Below are positions 39,641-47,202 of a stretch of DNA of 64,000 bases, one piece after another; position 1 is the first letter of the stretch, and each line of letters starts with the position of its first letter. The stretch is taken from the NCBI GenBank assembly GCA_014191035.1, contig BJGX01000002.1:18813-82812 (forward strand). The letters run 5' to 3'. The position numbers were made by a program, and so were the translations under genes. The notes under the pieces are model-generated. The model was not told the DNA's origin, did not search any database, and saw nothing but the letters and a program-made list of their open reading frames with translations. The DNA comes from Candidatus Saccharimonadota bacterium (GTDB lineage Bacteria; Patescibacteriota; Saccharimonadia; CAILAD01; BJGX01).

Positions 39641-40312
39641 AGGATTACTAACCATAAGCTCGTACAGTATTTTAACCAGAATATTAGGTTCAAAAACCCC
39701 AATATCTGTCGACTCATACAAAGAGTCGAGAATTTGTGCGAGCTTTTTCTGCTCTTGTCTTGTTGGTATCTGCCTAGATATTTCCATAAGAAAATACTTC
39801 TTATCGAACTTAAAGGATGAAATTCTGTAATGCATCCCGCCAAGTCTAGATAGTATCAACAATAATTGCTGAGCCTCCGGAGGCGACATCATTCTGATTG
39901 ACGGCGATCTGTTAAGAATGGATTCGACTTGCCTTCTGGTTTCGCCTGGCCCCCAGGCTTCCATAAATTCAGCAACTGTCCAGTTTCCATCCTTCATGCT
40001 CTCAAAAGTCACTCGCTTGGTGCTTTGATTAATACTACCAGAGGGTCGACCAGGCTTCTTTTTTACAAAAGCAAGACCCTTTAAGACAAGGTTTTCGACC
40101 TCGCTTTTTACATAAAAGTTAGCACCTGGAAAGCCAGGCGCCTTGATTGGCATAGCGTTATGTAGCTTCATAAAGTCAGAAAAACCCGCTGGATTTTTAC
40201 GGTTCATGATTAATAGTGCTTGCTGTGTGGTTACGAGTTCAGGATTTTGAAGTGCGGCCCACTCGCGCCTTCTTTGTTCTCGTAGTTTGCTATATTCGCT
40301 GTTGTCGTTCAT
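39617..40312 (-). CDS. Hypothetical protein.
   Basis: ORF only. Basic N-terminus. Confidence 0.4.
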   Translation of the reverse strand: MNDNSEYSKLREQRRREWAALQNPELVTTQQALLIMNRKNPAGFSDFMKLHNAMPIKAPGFPGANFYVKSEVENLVLKGLAFVKKKPGRPSGSINQSTKRVTFESMKDGNWTVAEFMEAWGPGETRRQVESILNRSPSIRMMSPPEAQQLLLILSRLGGMHYRISSFKFDKKYFLMEISRQIPTRQEQKKLAQILDSLYESTDIGVFEPNILVKILYELMVSNPKNKPSTG

Positions 40313-40428
40313 AGCAATCTCCAGTCGCGGCGGGGTAGTTATTAATTTATAGCTTAAGAACGTACTATTATCAAGTTTATTTAAACTAAAATATAGGTAT
40401 AATAAGAAAAGCGAACCAAGGAGTAAAG

Positions 40429-40833
40429 GTGGGGGAATTCTACGAAGTTCACGAAGCTATCCGCTACATTTACCCAGAACAAGCAGTTCCTATCAAGCAA
40501 ATGGTGTCGGCAGTTACAAAAGACCCAACAAAAGTTAGACCCATTTTTGGGGCCATTGGTTTCGATTTTATACGGCTAGTTTACTTTGAGATTGATGATG
40601 GAGAGTTGCTTAGGCACATTGTCGCAGAGCCCGAAACATATTATTGGGGCGATGAAATTAGCCTCGAAGAAGCACTACTTATGAATGGCCTCGAGGAAAT
40701 AGACGAAGTAACTAACTCTGACCGGTTTGTTTATACCAGCTGGGGAGCATTTATTCCGCTTAAGTCTAATGAACTAGTTTTGCCTTACCCAGAACTGCCA
40801 GAATTACCGGCTGATATGAGGCTGGATTTATAG
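40429..40833 (+). CDS. Hypothetical protein, paralogue A of a duplicated family (see 41156..41566).
   Basis: GTG start with an AAGGAG SD. Shares colinear motifs with paralogue B (E-HxxIRYIY ... VPIK ... GAxGFDFI ... YF-F--G-LRHI ... EAETYYWG-E-S-EE ... SWG-IIPLK). Confidence 0.55.
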   Translation: MGEFYEVHEAIRYIYPEQAVPIKQMVSAVTKDPTKVRPIFGAIGFDFIRLVYFEIDDGELLRHIVAEPETYYWGDEISLEEALLMNGLEEIDEVTNSDRFVYTSWGAFIPLKSNELVLPYPELPELPADMRLDL

Positions 40834-40857
40834 CCCCCGCATAGGGGCTTATTTTAT
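40833..40857 (+). terminator. Rho-independent terminator: GCCCCCGCATAGGGGC followed by a T-rich tract.
   Basis: Perfect GC stem followed by TTATTTTATTAT. Confidence 0.7.
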
Positions 40858-41061
40858 TATTTGTTGCACAAAAACAATAGCCAGGCCTAAAGATAGCGGA
40901 TATATTAAAAATAGCCAGATATAAGATACGGCTGAGGTTTGTTTAGGTTTTTTTATAAAGTCGTACCAGCTCTTGATTTTTAACTTAGAGGCAATAAGGT
41001 TTAGAACTATAGCACTTAATAAAAGAACGTATCCATATAATAAAGCTTTTGCTAAAAACAT
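40849..41061 (-). CDS. Small 2-TM membrane protein (tentative).
   Basis: 70-aa ORF with two hydrophobic helices. No SD checked. Confidence 0.3.
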   Translation of the reverse strand: MFLAKALLYGYVLLLSAIVLNLIASKLKIKSWYDFIKKPKQTSAVSYIWLFLIYPLSLGLAIVFVQQIIK

Positions 41062-41155
41062 AATTATAGATTATCACACATTGCCTAACCTGCTAAAAGT
41101 ATTGCTTTTTTTAGTTTTTTGTTGTATAGTATGCGTAACCGAGAAAAGGAGCACC

Positions 41156-41566
41156 ATGGCTAACGAGCCAGAAATCTTCCGCACTGAACTTGAGGTTCAT
41201 AAGTGTGTGAGGTATATTTACCTCGATACAGTTGTGCCAATTAAGGATTTTTCAGATCGGAAGAGTGATAACCCGGCCGATGTTGAGCCAGTCAATGGAG
41301 CCGTCGGCTTTGATTTCATCAGCGTTATCTACTTCGACTTCGAGGGTCGCACCTTGCGACATATTCTTGGAGAAGCAGAAACGTATTACTGGGGTCAAGA
41401 GCTCTCTCGTGAGGAGCTCGAAACCATGCCCGACATGGGTGGGGTTCTCCGCAGGACCGAGTCCCAAAGGTTTCTCTTGAGCTCGTGGGGAGGAATCATT
41501 CCACTCAAGGCTCACGAGTTTGCCATCGCCCCTAATTTTAGCGAAGCGCTAAGAGATTTTAGCTGA
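41156..41566 (+). CDS. Hypothetical protein, paralogue B of the 40429..40833 family. Its DNA is GC-richer than that of paralogue A.
   Basis: AAGGAG SD 5 nt upstream of the ATG at 41156. The ORF track's longer 40973 start lies upstream of the SD. Colinear similarity to paralogue A. Confidence 0.55.
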   Translation: MANEPEIFRTELEVHKCVRYIYLDTVVPIKDFSDRKSDNPADVEPVNGAVGFDFISVIYFDFEGRTLRHILGEAETYYWGQELSREELETMPDMGGVLRRTESQRFLLSSWGGIIPLKAHEFAIAPNFSEALRDFS

Positions 41567-41583
41567 TTTTAAATCGGCTTTTG

Positions 41584-41611
41584 CCCCCCGTCTAACGGGG
41601 GGTTTAATTTT
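41584..41611 (+). terminator. Rho-independent terminator: CCCCCCG-tctaa-CGGGGGG followed by a T-run.
   Basis: 7-bp perfect GC stem followed by TTTAATTTT. Confidence 0.7.
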
Positions 41612-41672
41612 GTAGTAATAGCTATTCTTATGTAATATAAGAAATATATTAAATAATTAGCAGGAGAACATT

Positions 41673-42053
41673 ATGCATATAAAAGATCTCGAATCAAAAG
41701 CTATGGAAAACACAACCTTTAGAACGGTACTTGCAACATCAAAACATACACAAGTAGTAGTCATGGATGTTAAGCCAGGAGAAGACATTGGTAAAGAAAT
41801 TCATCCTAATGAAGATCAGGTATTGTATCTTATTTCAGGCAGGGGAACGATCTATATGGACGGCAAGGAAATGGATTTTAATAAAGGCGATTGTGTTTTA
41901 GTTCCAGCTGGCACCGAGCACAACTTTACTACTATTGGTGACGAGTCTATGAAAATTATTACAACCTATAGTCCTCCTCATCATCCAGATGGTACCGTTC
42001 ATAAAACTAAGGTTGATGCTGAAGCTGCCGAATTAGAGCACGATGCACACTAA
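41673..42053 (+). CDS. Cupin-domain protein.
   Basis: Cupin motifs G(X)5HxH-like (GKEIHPNEDQVLYLISGRG) and a second motif (GDCVLVPAGTEHNF). AGGAGA SD. Confidence 0.7.
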   Translation: MHIKDLESKAMENTTFRTVLATSKHTQVVVMDVKPGEDIGKEIHPNEDQVLYLISGRGTIYMDGKEMDFNKGDCVLVPAGTEHNFTTIGDESMKIITTYSPPHHPDGTVHKTKVDAEAAELEHDAH

Positions 42054-43123
42054 GTCTGGCCTACTTTGCTCATCATTGATATTTTTCTGACAAACATCAA
42101 GAGCCATCCAAAAGTAATTATAAAGCCAATAAGCTCGAAGGCAGTTAGGCTAAAGTATCCTACAAAAGCAAATAATACATAACAAAAAGCAATTAGGGCT
42201 AAGGTTAAGTATGAGTTGGTTAGAAATGTTTTATCTATTTTGGGAAATATGAATCTTAAGCTCAGCACTATAACCCCAAAAATTATCAGCATAGAGTAGC
42301 CCAAAATATCATGAACCAAAGGCGCTCTGTCGTAGGGGAATAAACCCAAGCTGGCCATGTCTATCCCTAGTATTATAAAAAGTAAGCTTAGGATATTTAA
42401 ATTAACATCCTTCTTATTAAAAATATGTTTAGAGCGCTTTAAGTCATTAGTGAATTGAGTGCTCAGGGCTATAACCAAAAGGCCAGCCATAACAATGGTC
42501 ATATTAAAGCTTATTGAGGATATTCCATTACCCCAGCCCAGATAAGAGAAGTTAACCTGCCACCAATTAGGATTGCTATTTGTAAGCATAGACAAAATTA
42601 TTCCAGACACCATTACTATCGAAAAGAGCCTCGCAACTATAGCCGTGTTCATACCTTTAGCAAGTGGAATTAGTAGGTATATCAAGACACCAGAATAAAT
42701 CCCAACAAAGGCAGAGGACACAAAGGCATCTAAAGAAAGGTTCTTAAATGAATTATTAAGAACCGAAATTATTAAAAAGCTCACCATAGCTACTGTGATT
42801 GCTACAGCTACAGTCAATACAATGCAGTTATAAACTAGAACTCCGACTTTAAGTTTGATACCACGTTCTTTGAGCCCCATTAGGTAGAAAGGGGTAAAGG
42901 TGAACAAGCAGATTGCTGCTGCTGAAATAAGCATCATAAGACCAATCGAAACATCTCCAGATAGAGTGATTGCAGGCTTGCTCCTAAAAACAATGAAGCT
43001 AATTATAGTAAAAACAACAATGCTGGGAATTAGTAAAATCTCACCAGGATTTTGCGAGGCTTTAAATGACTTTTTAATTGAATGAAGCATATTATTTCTT
43101 TCTTTTGCTTTTTTGCTTTTCAA
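42050..43123 (-). CDS. Hypothetical polytopic membrane protein with about 10 TM helices.
   Basis: ORF with many hydrophobic helices. Family not recognised. Confidence 0.45.
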   Translation of the reverse strand: MKSKKAKERNNMLHSIKKSFKASQNPGEILLIPSIVVFTIISFIVFRSKPAITLSGDVSIGLMMLISAAAICLFTFTPFYLMGLKERGIKLKVGVLVYNCIVLTVAVAITVAMVSFLIISVLNNSFKNLSLDAFVSSAFVGIYSGVLIYLLIPLAKGMNTAIVARLFSIVMVSGIILSMLTNSNPNWWQVNFSYLGWGNGISSISFNMTIVMAGLLVIALSTQFTNDLKRSKHIFNKKDVNLNILSLLFIILGIDMASLGLFPYDRAPLVHDILGYSMLIIFGVIVLSLRFIFPKIDKTFLTNSYLTLALIAFCYVLFAFVGYFSLTAFELIGFIITFGWLLMFVRKISMMSKVGQT

Positions 43124-43415
43124 TTCTTCTTTGGGCTGCTGTACGAACTATTATATTCAATGATGCAGCAATTATTCCAACTCCGATTAGTACATAAAAA
43201 ATTGTAAATATTTTTGTAATATCGTTTGTTGGGTGGATATCGCCATATCCTACGGTAGTAATTGTGATAACCGAAAAGTACAAGGCATCGAGCCACTTTA
43301 ATGGCATGAAATAATGGTAAAAAATAGTTCCAGTCCCTATTACAGACAATGCAGTAAGTACAACCCATTTAAACTTAAGAGCTTCTGATTCTGATTTTCG
43401 ACTTTTCTTGTTCAT
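43092..43415 (-). CDS. Minimal 2-TM potassium channel (KcsA/Kch-like pore domain).
   Basis: K+ selectivity filter TTVGYGD flanked by two TM helices. Basic C-terminal tail. Confidence 0.8.
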   Translation of the reverse strand: MNKKSRKSESEALKFKWVVLTALSVIGTGTIFYHYFMPLKWLDALYFSVITITTVGYGDIHPTNDITKIFTIFYVLIGVGIIAASLNIIVRTAAQRRIEKQKSKRKK

Positions 43416-43486
43416 TTATTGTAATTTATACAGTATTTTTAATCTTTAAGCTAGCTTATAGAGCTTATGTAATATATTATACCACT

Positions 43487-43882
43487 ATGGAATATGGTTC
43501 TTGGTATTCGAGACAAAAAAAGCCCTCCTGGGCGCCACCAGAAATTGCCTTTGGCCAAGTATGGAGCATTTTGTATCCTATAATATTTGCTGTCAATATT
43601 TATGTTTTCTATCTTTTAAGCAAGGGTCAAATAAGCTGGCGGGTAGCATTGCCATTCTGGCTTAATTTGTTTTTTAATTTTGCTTTTTCACCACTTCAAT
43701 TTGTGCTGAGATCGCAGATTTTATCATCTATTGATATCGTTCTAGTCTTAATAACTACCATATGGTGCATTATTGCCATTTGGCCATATAGCAAATTAGC
43801 CTCTATTGCTTTCGTTCCGTATTTGATATGGGTTACGATTGCTTCAGTTTTACAAATTTCAATAACTGTACTTAATAGATAG
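43487..43882 (+). CDS. tspO: TspO/MBR-family (tryptophan-rich sensory protein) membrane protein, short form.
   Basis: Family N-terminal signature: KKPSWAPP, then 6 residues, FGQVWSILY, then W-rich helices. Confidence 0.7.
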   Translation: MEYGSWYSRQKKPSWAPPEIAFGQVWSILYPIIFAVNIYVFYLLSKGQISWRVALPFWLNLFFNFAFSPLQFVLRSQILSSIDIVLVLITTIWCIIAIWPYSKLASIAFVPYLIWVTIASVLQISITVLNR

Positions 43883-43938
43883 TTTATAGTTGTTATGCTA
43901 AAATTATAATTATTATTTAATGGGAACTAATTAAAGTT

Positions 43939-44712
43939 ATGCAAGCAAAAACCATACAAGGTAAAAAACTTCAGAAATTAAACCTCATTATGGGTTTAAT
44001 TCATCTTGCGCAGGCAGGCATACTGTTTGTTATTCTTAACTATTCATTTAAGATACCAATCCTAACTAGGTTTTTTGATACCACCCCTGGCGGTGGATTT
44101 ACGGTAATTACTGAGCGACTTTGGGATGTGCCAATTGCAGTTATAGCGCCTATTTTCTTACTTATAGCGGCATTCTTCCACCTTTTAATTGCATCACCGC
44201 TATATATTCGTCGCTACGAACAAAACATTAAAAATGGAATTAACCCAATACGCTGGTGGGAATACTCAATTAGCTCCTCTTTGATGCTAGTCGGTTTAAT
44301 GATGATGGCCGGACTCACCGAGCTTCCAAGTGTTGTGTTTGTCTTTACCCTTAACTGGATAATGAACATGATGGGCTTAATGATGGAGCGCTATAACCAG
44401 CTGACCGATAAAACAAAATGGTTCCCGTATAACATTGGGGTGGTTGCGGGCTTGGTTCCTTGGATAATTGGATTTATATACTTCTGGGTAAATACCAATA
44501 ACATTTCCGAATCTATTCCTTCTTGGGCCAAGATCGGCTTTATTATTACTTTCCTATTCTTTAATACCTTTGCTGTTAATATGTTCTTGCAGTATAAAAA
44601 GGTCGGGAAGTGGAAAAATTACGTTTATGGAGAGCGTGGTTACATTTGGCTAAGTTTGATTGCCAAGTCTGTACTAGCCTGGATAATCGTCTTGGGAACA
44701 CTAAATCAGTAG
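43939..44712 (+). CDS. Heliorhodopsin (7-TM retinal protein with inverted topology).
   Basis: Colinear match to the prototype heliorhodopsin 48C12 as recalled. TM1: GLIHLAQAGILFV. TM3: FHLLIASP..RRYE...NPIRWWEYSISSSLM, including the counter-ion Glu. TM5: GLVPWIIGFIYF. TM6: FLFFNTFAVNMFLQYKKVGKWKNY. TM7: GERGYIWLSLIAKSVLAW, with the Schiff-base Lys. Confidence 0.85.
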   Translation: MQAKTIQGKKLQKLNLIMGLIHLAQAGILFVILNYSFKIPILTRFFDTTPGGGFTVITERLWDVPIAVIAPIFLLIAAFFHLLIASPLYIRRYEQNIKNGINPIRWWEYSISSSLMLVGLMMMAGLTELPSVVFVFTLNWIMNMMGLMMERYNQLTDKTKWFPYNIGVVAGLVPWIIGFIYFWVNTNNISESIPSWAKIGFIITFLFFNTFAVNMFLQYKKVGKWKNYVYGERGYIWLSLIAKSVLAWIIVLGTLNQ

Positions 44713-44718
44713 GGGCTT

Positions 44719-45387
44719 ATGGGTACATCAGCTAATCTAGTTCAGGCAATCTTCATAACCCTCAATATTGTTGGCTTTGGATATTTAGCCTATAAATTCA
44801 TTTCTAGTAAAAGCTCAACAGCCAAAATATTTGGTTACGGAATGGCTCTTCTAGCTTTTGTAGAATTTTGTGTGCTGGGTGTAAATATGTTGTGGACTAT
44901 ACCTGTTTTAGATTTTAAATCCTTGCAGTATCTTTTCTATCTGTATGCAATACTAGTCTTATTTGCTACGTCTGCGGCCTCTCTTAAGCCAAGAACAAGG
45001 TACTACATTAATATATTTTTAGCTTTTGCAGCCATTTTAGTTTCTGGCCTATTCTTTTTAGAAAGGACTTTGAACAACGCAACAGCATACACAATAAATT
45101 ATTATCTGTCCTTTGATAATCCTGCTACCCTAAATATTTTCAGCCTGACTGTGGCATTGTCGCTTGGTATGGCAGCTCTGGTGGTAGCACAATATTTTAA
45201 AGATCGAAGCCTTAAATTGGCTTTAGAATTGGGCTATTTGATAGTAACTATATCTTTGGTAATTAGTCTGATTGTATTTAACGACACTATAAGATTAATC
45301 AGCAGTATTGCTCAGCTCGGTTCTCTTCTGGCCATGTCGTTATACATCTATAAAAACCCAGCAGAATTCCAAAAACTCAAAAGATAA
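44719..45387 (+). CDS. Uncharacterised 7-TM membrane protein, 5 nt downstream of the heliorhodopsin gene.
   Basis: Seven hydrophobic helices predicted by eye. No Lys in the last helix and no type-1 rhodopsin motifs. The ATG start follows the HeR stop almost immediately. Confidence 0.5.
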   Translation: MGTSANLVQAIFITLNIVGFGYLAYKFISSKSSTAKIFGYGMALLAFVEFCVLGVNMLWTIPVLDFKSLQYLFYLYAILVLFATSAASLKPRTRYYINIFLAFAAILVSGLFFLERTLNNATAYTINYYLSFDNPATLNIFSLTVALSLGMAALVVAQYFKDRSLKLALELGYLIVTISLVISLIVFNDTIRLISSIAQLGSLLAMSLYIYKNPAEFQKLKR

Positions 45388-45392
45388 GCGTA

Positions 45393-45421
45393 TTGACATT
45401 AATAGCTTAATAAAATAGTAT
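45393..45421 (+). promoter_or_regulatory. Sigma70-like promoter: TTGACA, 17 nt spacer, TAGTAT.
   Basis: Consensus -35 with correct spacing to a -10-like hexamer. About 30 nt upstream of the GTG start at 45451. Confidence 0.4.
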
Positions 45422-45449
45422 ATTACGGCCACAGAACAGACTGGAGAAT

Positions 45450-45461
45450 TGTGAGCTCACA
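45450..45461. promoter_or_regulatory. Perfect 12-bp palindrome TGTGAGCTCACA, lac-operator-like (AATTGTGAGC|TCACAGAAT), overlapping the GTG start codon.
   Basis: Exact dyad symmetry. Sits at about +22 to +33 relative to the putative transcription start. Confidence 0.3.
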
Positions 45462-46053
45462 GAATCTGAAGCTTGTGACGTACTTAAAAAATGAGCAGAA
45501 ATTGGCTGATAAGTATCTCGAAGATACTTCGGCTTTTTTGACCAATACTTATAACGTCAAATTCACGATGCGTGATCTGTTAGAGATTGCTTCATCACCT
45601 CATGAAATTGCAGCTCGACGACAGTTCAATTCCATCCTTGTTATGCGTGACGTCTATGTAGACTCCGCTGAAATTAACAAGCAAATCGAATTGATTGTAG
45701 GCTCATACAATAGCTATGCCACGCTAATGGGTTTTGCAAATTGCGTAGGTGATAAGATAGCTAAAATTGCCCACGATAGAGTACTAGCAGTTAAAGACGT
45801 ATGGCCAAAGGACGCTTTCGGCTCGCTTATGAGTTCGCTTCAAGTTTACTCGACTTCAAATATTGAATTCAGACAGAGTGTCAGAGCTGAAGCAAGTAAT
45901 AAGCTAAATTTTACCAATTCTCTAGGGGCATACATAACACTCACGCCAGCAGAGCGAATCTTGTCTAATGTGTCGGTCAGCCCGGTAGAAGAGCTTTGCT
46001 CCTGGATAGACCAAGCAGGTGTTACATTCGCCACTACTCTTTCTAGCAACTAA
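45451..46053 (+). CDS. Hypothetical protein. GTG start.
   Basis: ORF with a GGAGA SD 4 nt upstream. No motif recognised. Confidence 0.4.
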   Translation: MSSQNLKLVTYLKNEQKLADKYLEDTSAFLTNTYNVKFTMRDLLEIASSPHEIAARRQFNSILVMRDVYVDSAEINKQIELIVGSYNSYATLMGFANCVGDKIAKIAHDRVLAVKDVWPKDAFGSLMSSLQVYSTSNIEFRQSVRAEASNKLNFTNSLGAYITLTPAERILSNVSVSPVEELCSWIDQAGVTFATTLSSN

Positions 46054-46070
46054 ACTAAAGTATAAAGAGA

Positions 46071-46093
46071 GCCCGCCATTTAGGCGGGTTTTT
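46071..46093 (+). terminator. Rho-independent terminator: GCCCGCC-attt-AGGCGGG followed by TTTTT.
   Basis: 7-bp stem (6 G:C, 1 A:T) followed by a T-run. Confidence 0.7.
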
Positions 46094-46132
46094 ACTATTA
46101 AAAAATTATTATTTGAGTTATGCTTATTAGAT

Positions 46133-46786
46133 ATGGGGCCAAAAAAAATTCCAGGAAGTTACGATCATGAAATCAACAAAAGCTATATGTGGAGATGGTT
46201 GTTTGTCATTATAATATTGGTAGTTGCTGTCAGCCTGGGAGCCTTTATTTTATTAAGGCCAAAACAGCAAAGCACCAAAACCGGACAAGATTTAAATAAC
46301 AGCATTAGCTCTTATGAAAATCGTTATGTCGGTAAAAAGATAGAATATAATTTGGCCAACATACAAAACGACTGGAACAAGATCAGTGGTGAGGGCGGTT
46401 CTAACTACAAATTAGATGAGTCGTCTTGCACATCAAGTTTGCTTTCTTCAGATAATGTAAAAAGCTTAATTAATTCTGGTTCTACTCTAGCAAGTGCAAT
46501 CAACAAACAGCTTGAAGAAACAAAAGATTCATCACCTGATAAAACCATCATTATAGGTAATACCTACAGTGCTAATCTATCTTCCAACAAAGGAGATCTG
46601 GAGTTCATGATAAAAGATGCTGATTATAAGGCCGCAGATGGCACGTCTCACAAAATAAAAATTTATGGTCAGTGGATCGGCGACTACCAGCTTTTTATTA
46701 GGCAAGAGTGCACAGTAGGTGATTTCAATAATTCAAAAGAAAAGCTCGAATCATTTATTGATAGATTGGCGATAATAGTAAACTAG
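46133..46786 (+). CDS. Membrane-anchored or secreted hypothetical protein.
   Basis: The ATG at 46133 follows the terminator. The ORF track's longer 46019 start would read through that terminator. N-terminal TM helix (WLFVIIILVVAVSLGAFILL). Confidence 0.5.
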   Translation: MGPKKIPGSYDHEINKSYMWRWLFVIIILVVAVSLGAFILLRPKQQSTKTGQDLNNSISSYENRYVGKKIEYNLANIQNDWNKISGEGGSNYKLDESSCTSSLLSSDNVKSLINSGSTLASAINKQLEETKDSSPDKTIIIGNTYSANLSSNKGDLEFMIKDADYKAADGTSHKIKIYGQWIGDYQLFIRQECTVGDFNNSKEKLESFIDRLAIIVN

Positions 46787-47202
46787 TTTAGTTTGCCCAG
46801 CCGATACTCTGATAGTAAAGCGTCTGCATTTGAAGAGTGCCTACCTTCGCCGCCCTTATTATTATAGGCAGAGGTGGCATCCTTTCCGCAGTAAGTCAGA
46901 ATTAAGTCAGCGCCACCTGGGTGTTCATCGAGATAGCTTGTAACATCATAAACATTGCCCCTAATTGCTACCCAGCAATCACTAGATTTATTATGTTTAG
47001 ATAGTTCGGTAGTTGATATTGTCTTTTCATCAATTGCTACTTCTTCTTCAGCTGGCTGTTGCTGTGTGTTTTGATCTACTTTTTCGTCTATTTTTTCTTC
47101 CACAGCATTTTCCTTATTCTGGCTATCGATAAATCCCCAAACAAACATTCCGCTCATAAGCACAGCAACAATAATCAAAACAACTGCAACAACCTTTTTC
47201 AT
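46783..47202 (-). CDS. Membrane-anchored cytochrome b5-like haem-binding domain protein.
   Basis: N-terminal TM helix. b5 fold signature (HNKSSDCWVAIRGNVYDVTSYLDEHPGGADLIL...GKDATSAY). Confidence 0.75.
   Translation of the reverse strand: MKKVVAVVLIIVAVLMSGMFVWGFIDSQNKENAVEEKIDEKVDQNTQQQPAEEEVAIDEKTISTTELSKHNKSSDCWVAIRGNVYDVTSYLDEHPGGADLILTYCGKDATSAYNNKGGEGRHSSNADALLSEYRLGKLN

Noticed and set aside
44719-45387. Possibility that the 7-TM gene after the heliorhodopsin is a second (type-1 or lysine-less) rhodopsin.
   Set aside because: No Lys in the 7th helix and no RYxDW, WxxYP or DxxxK motifs. Length and 7-TM count alone are insufficient.
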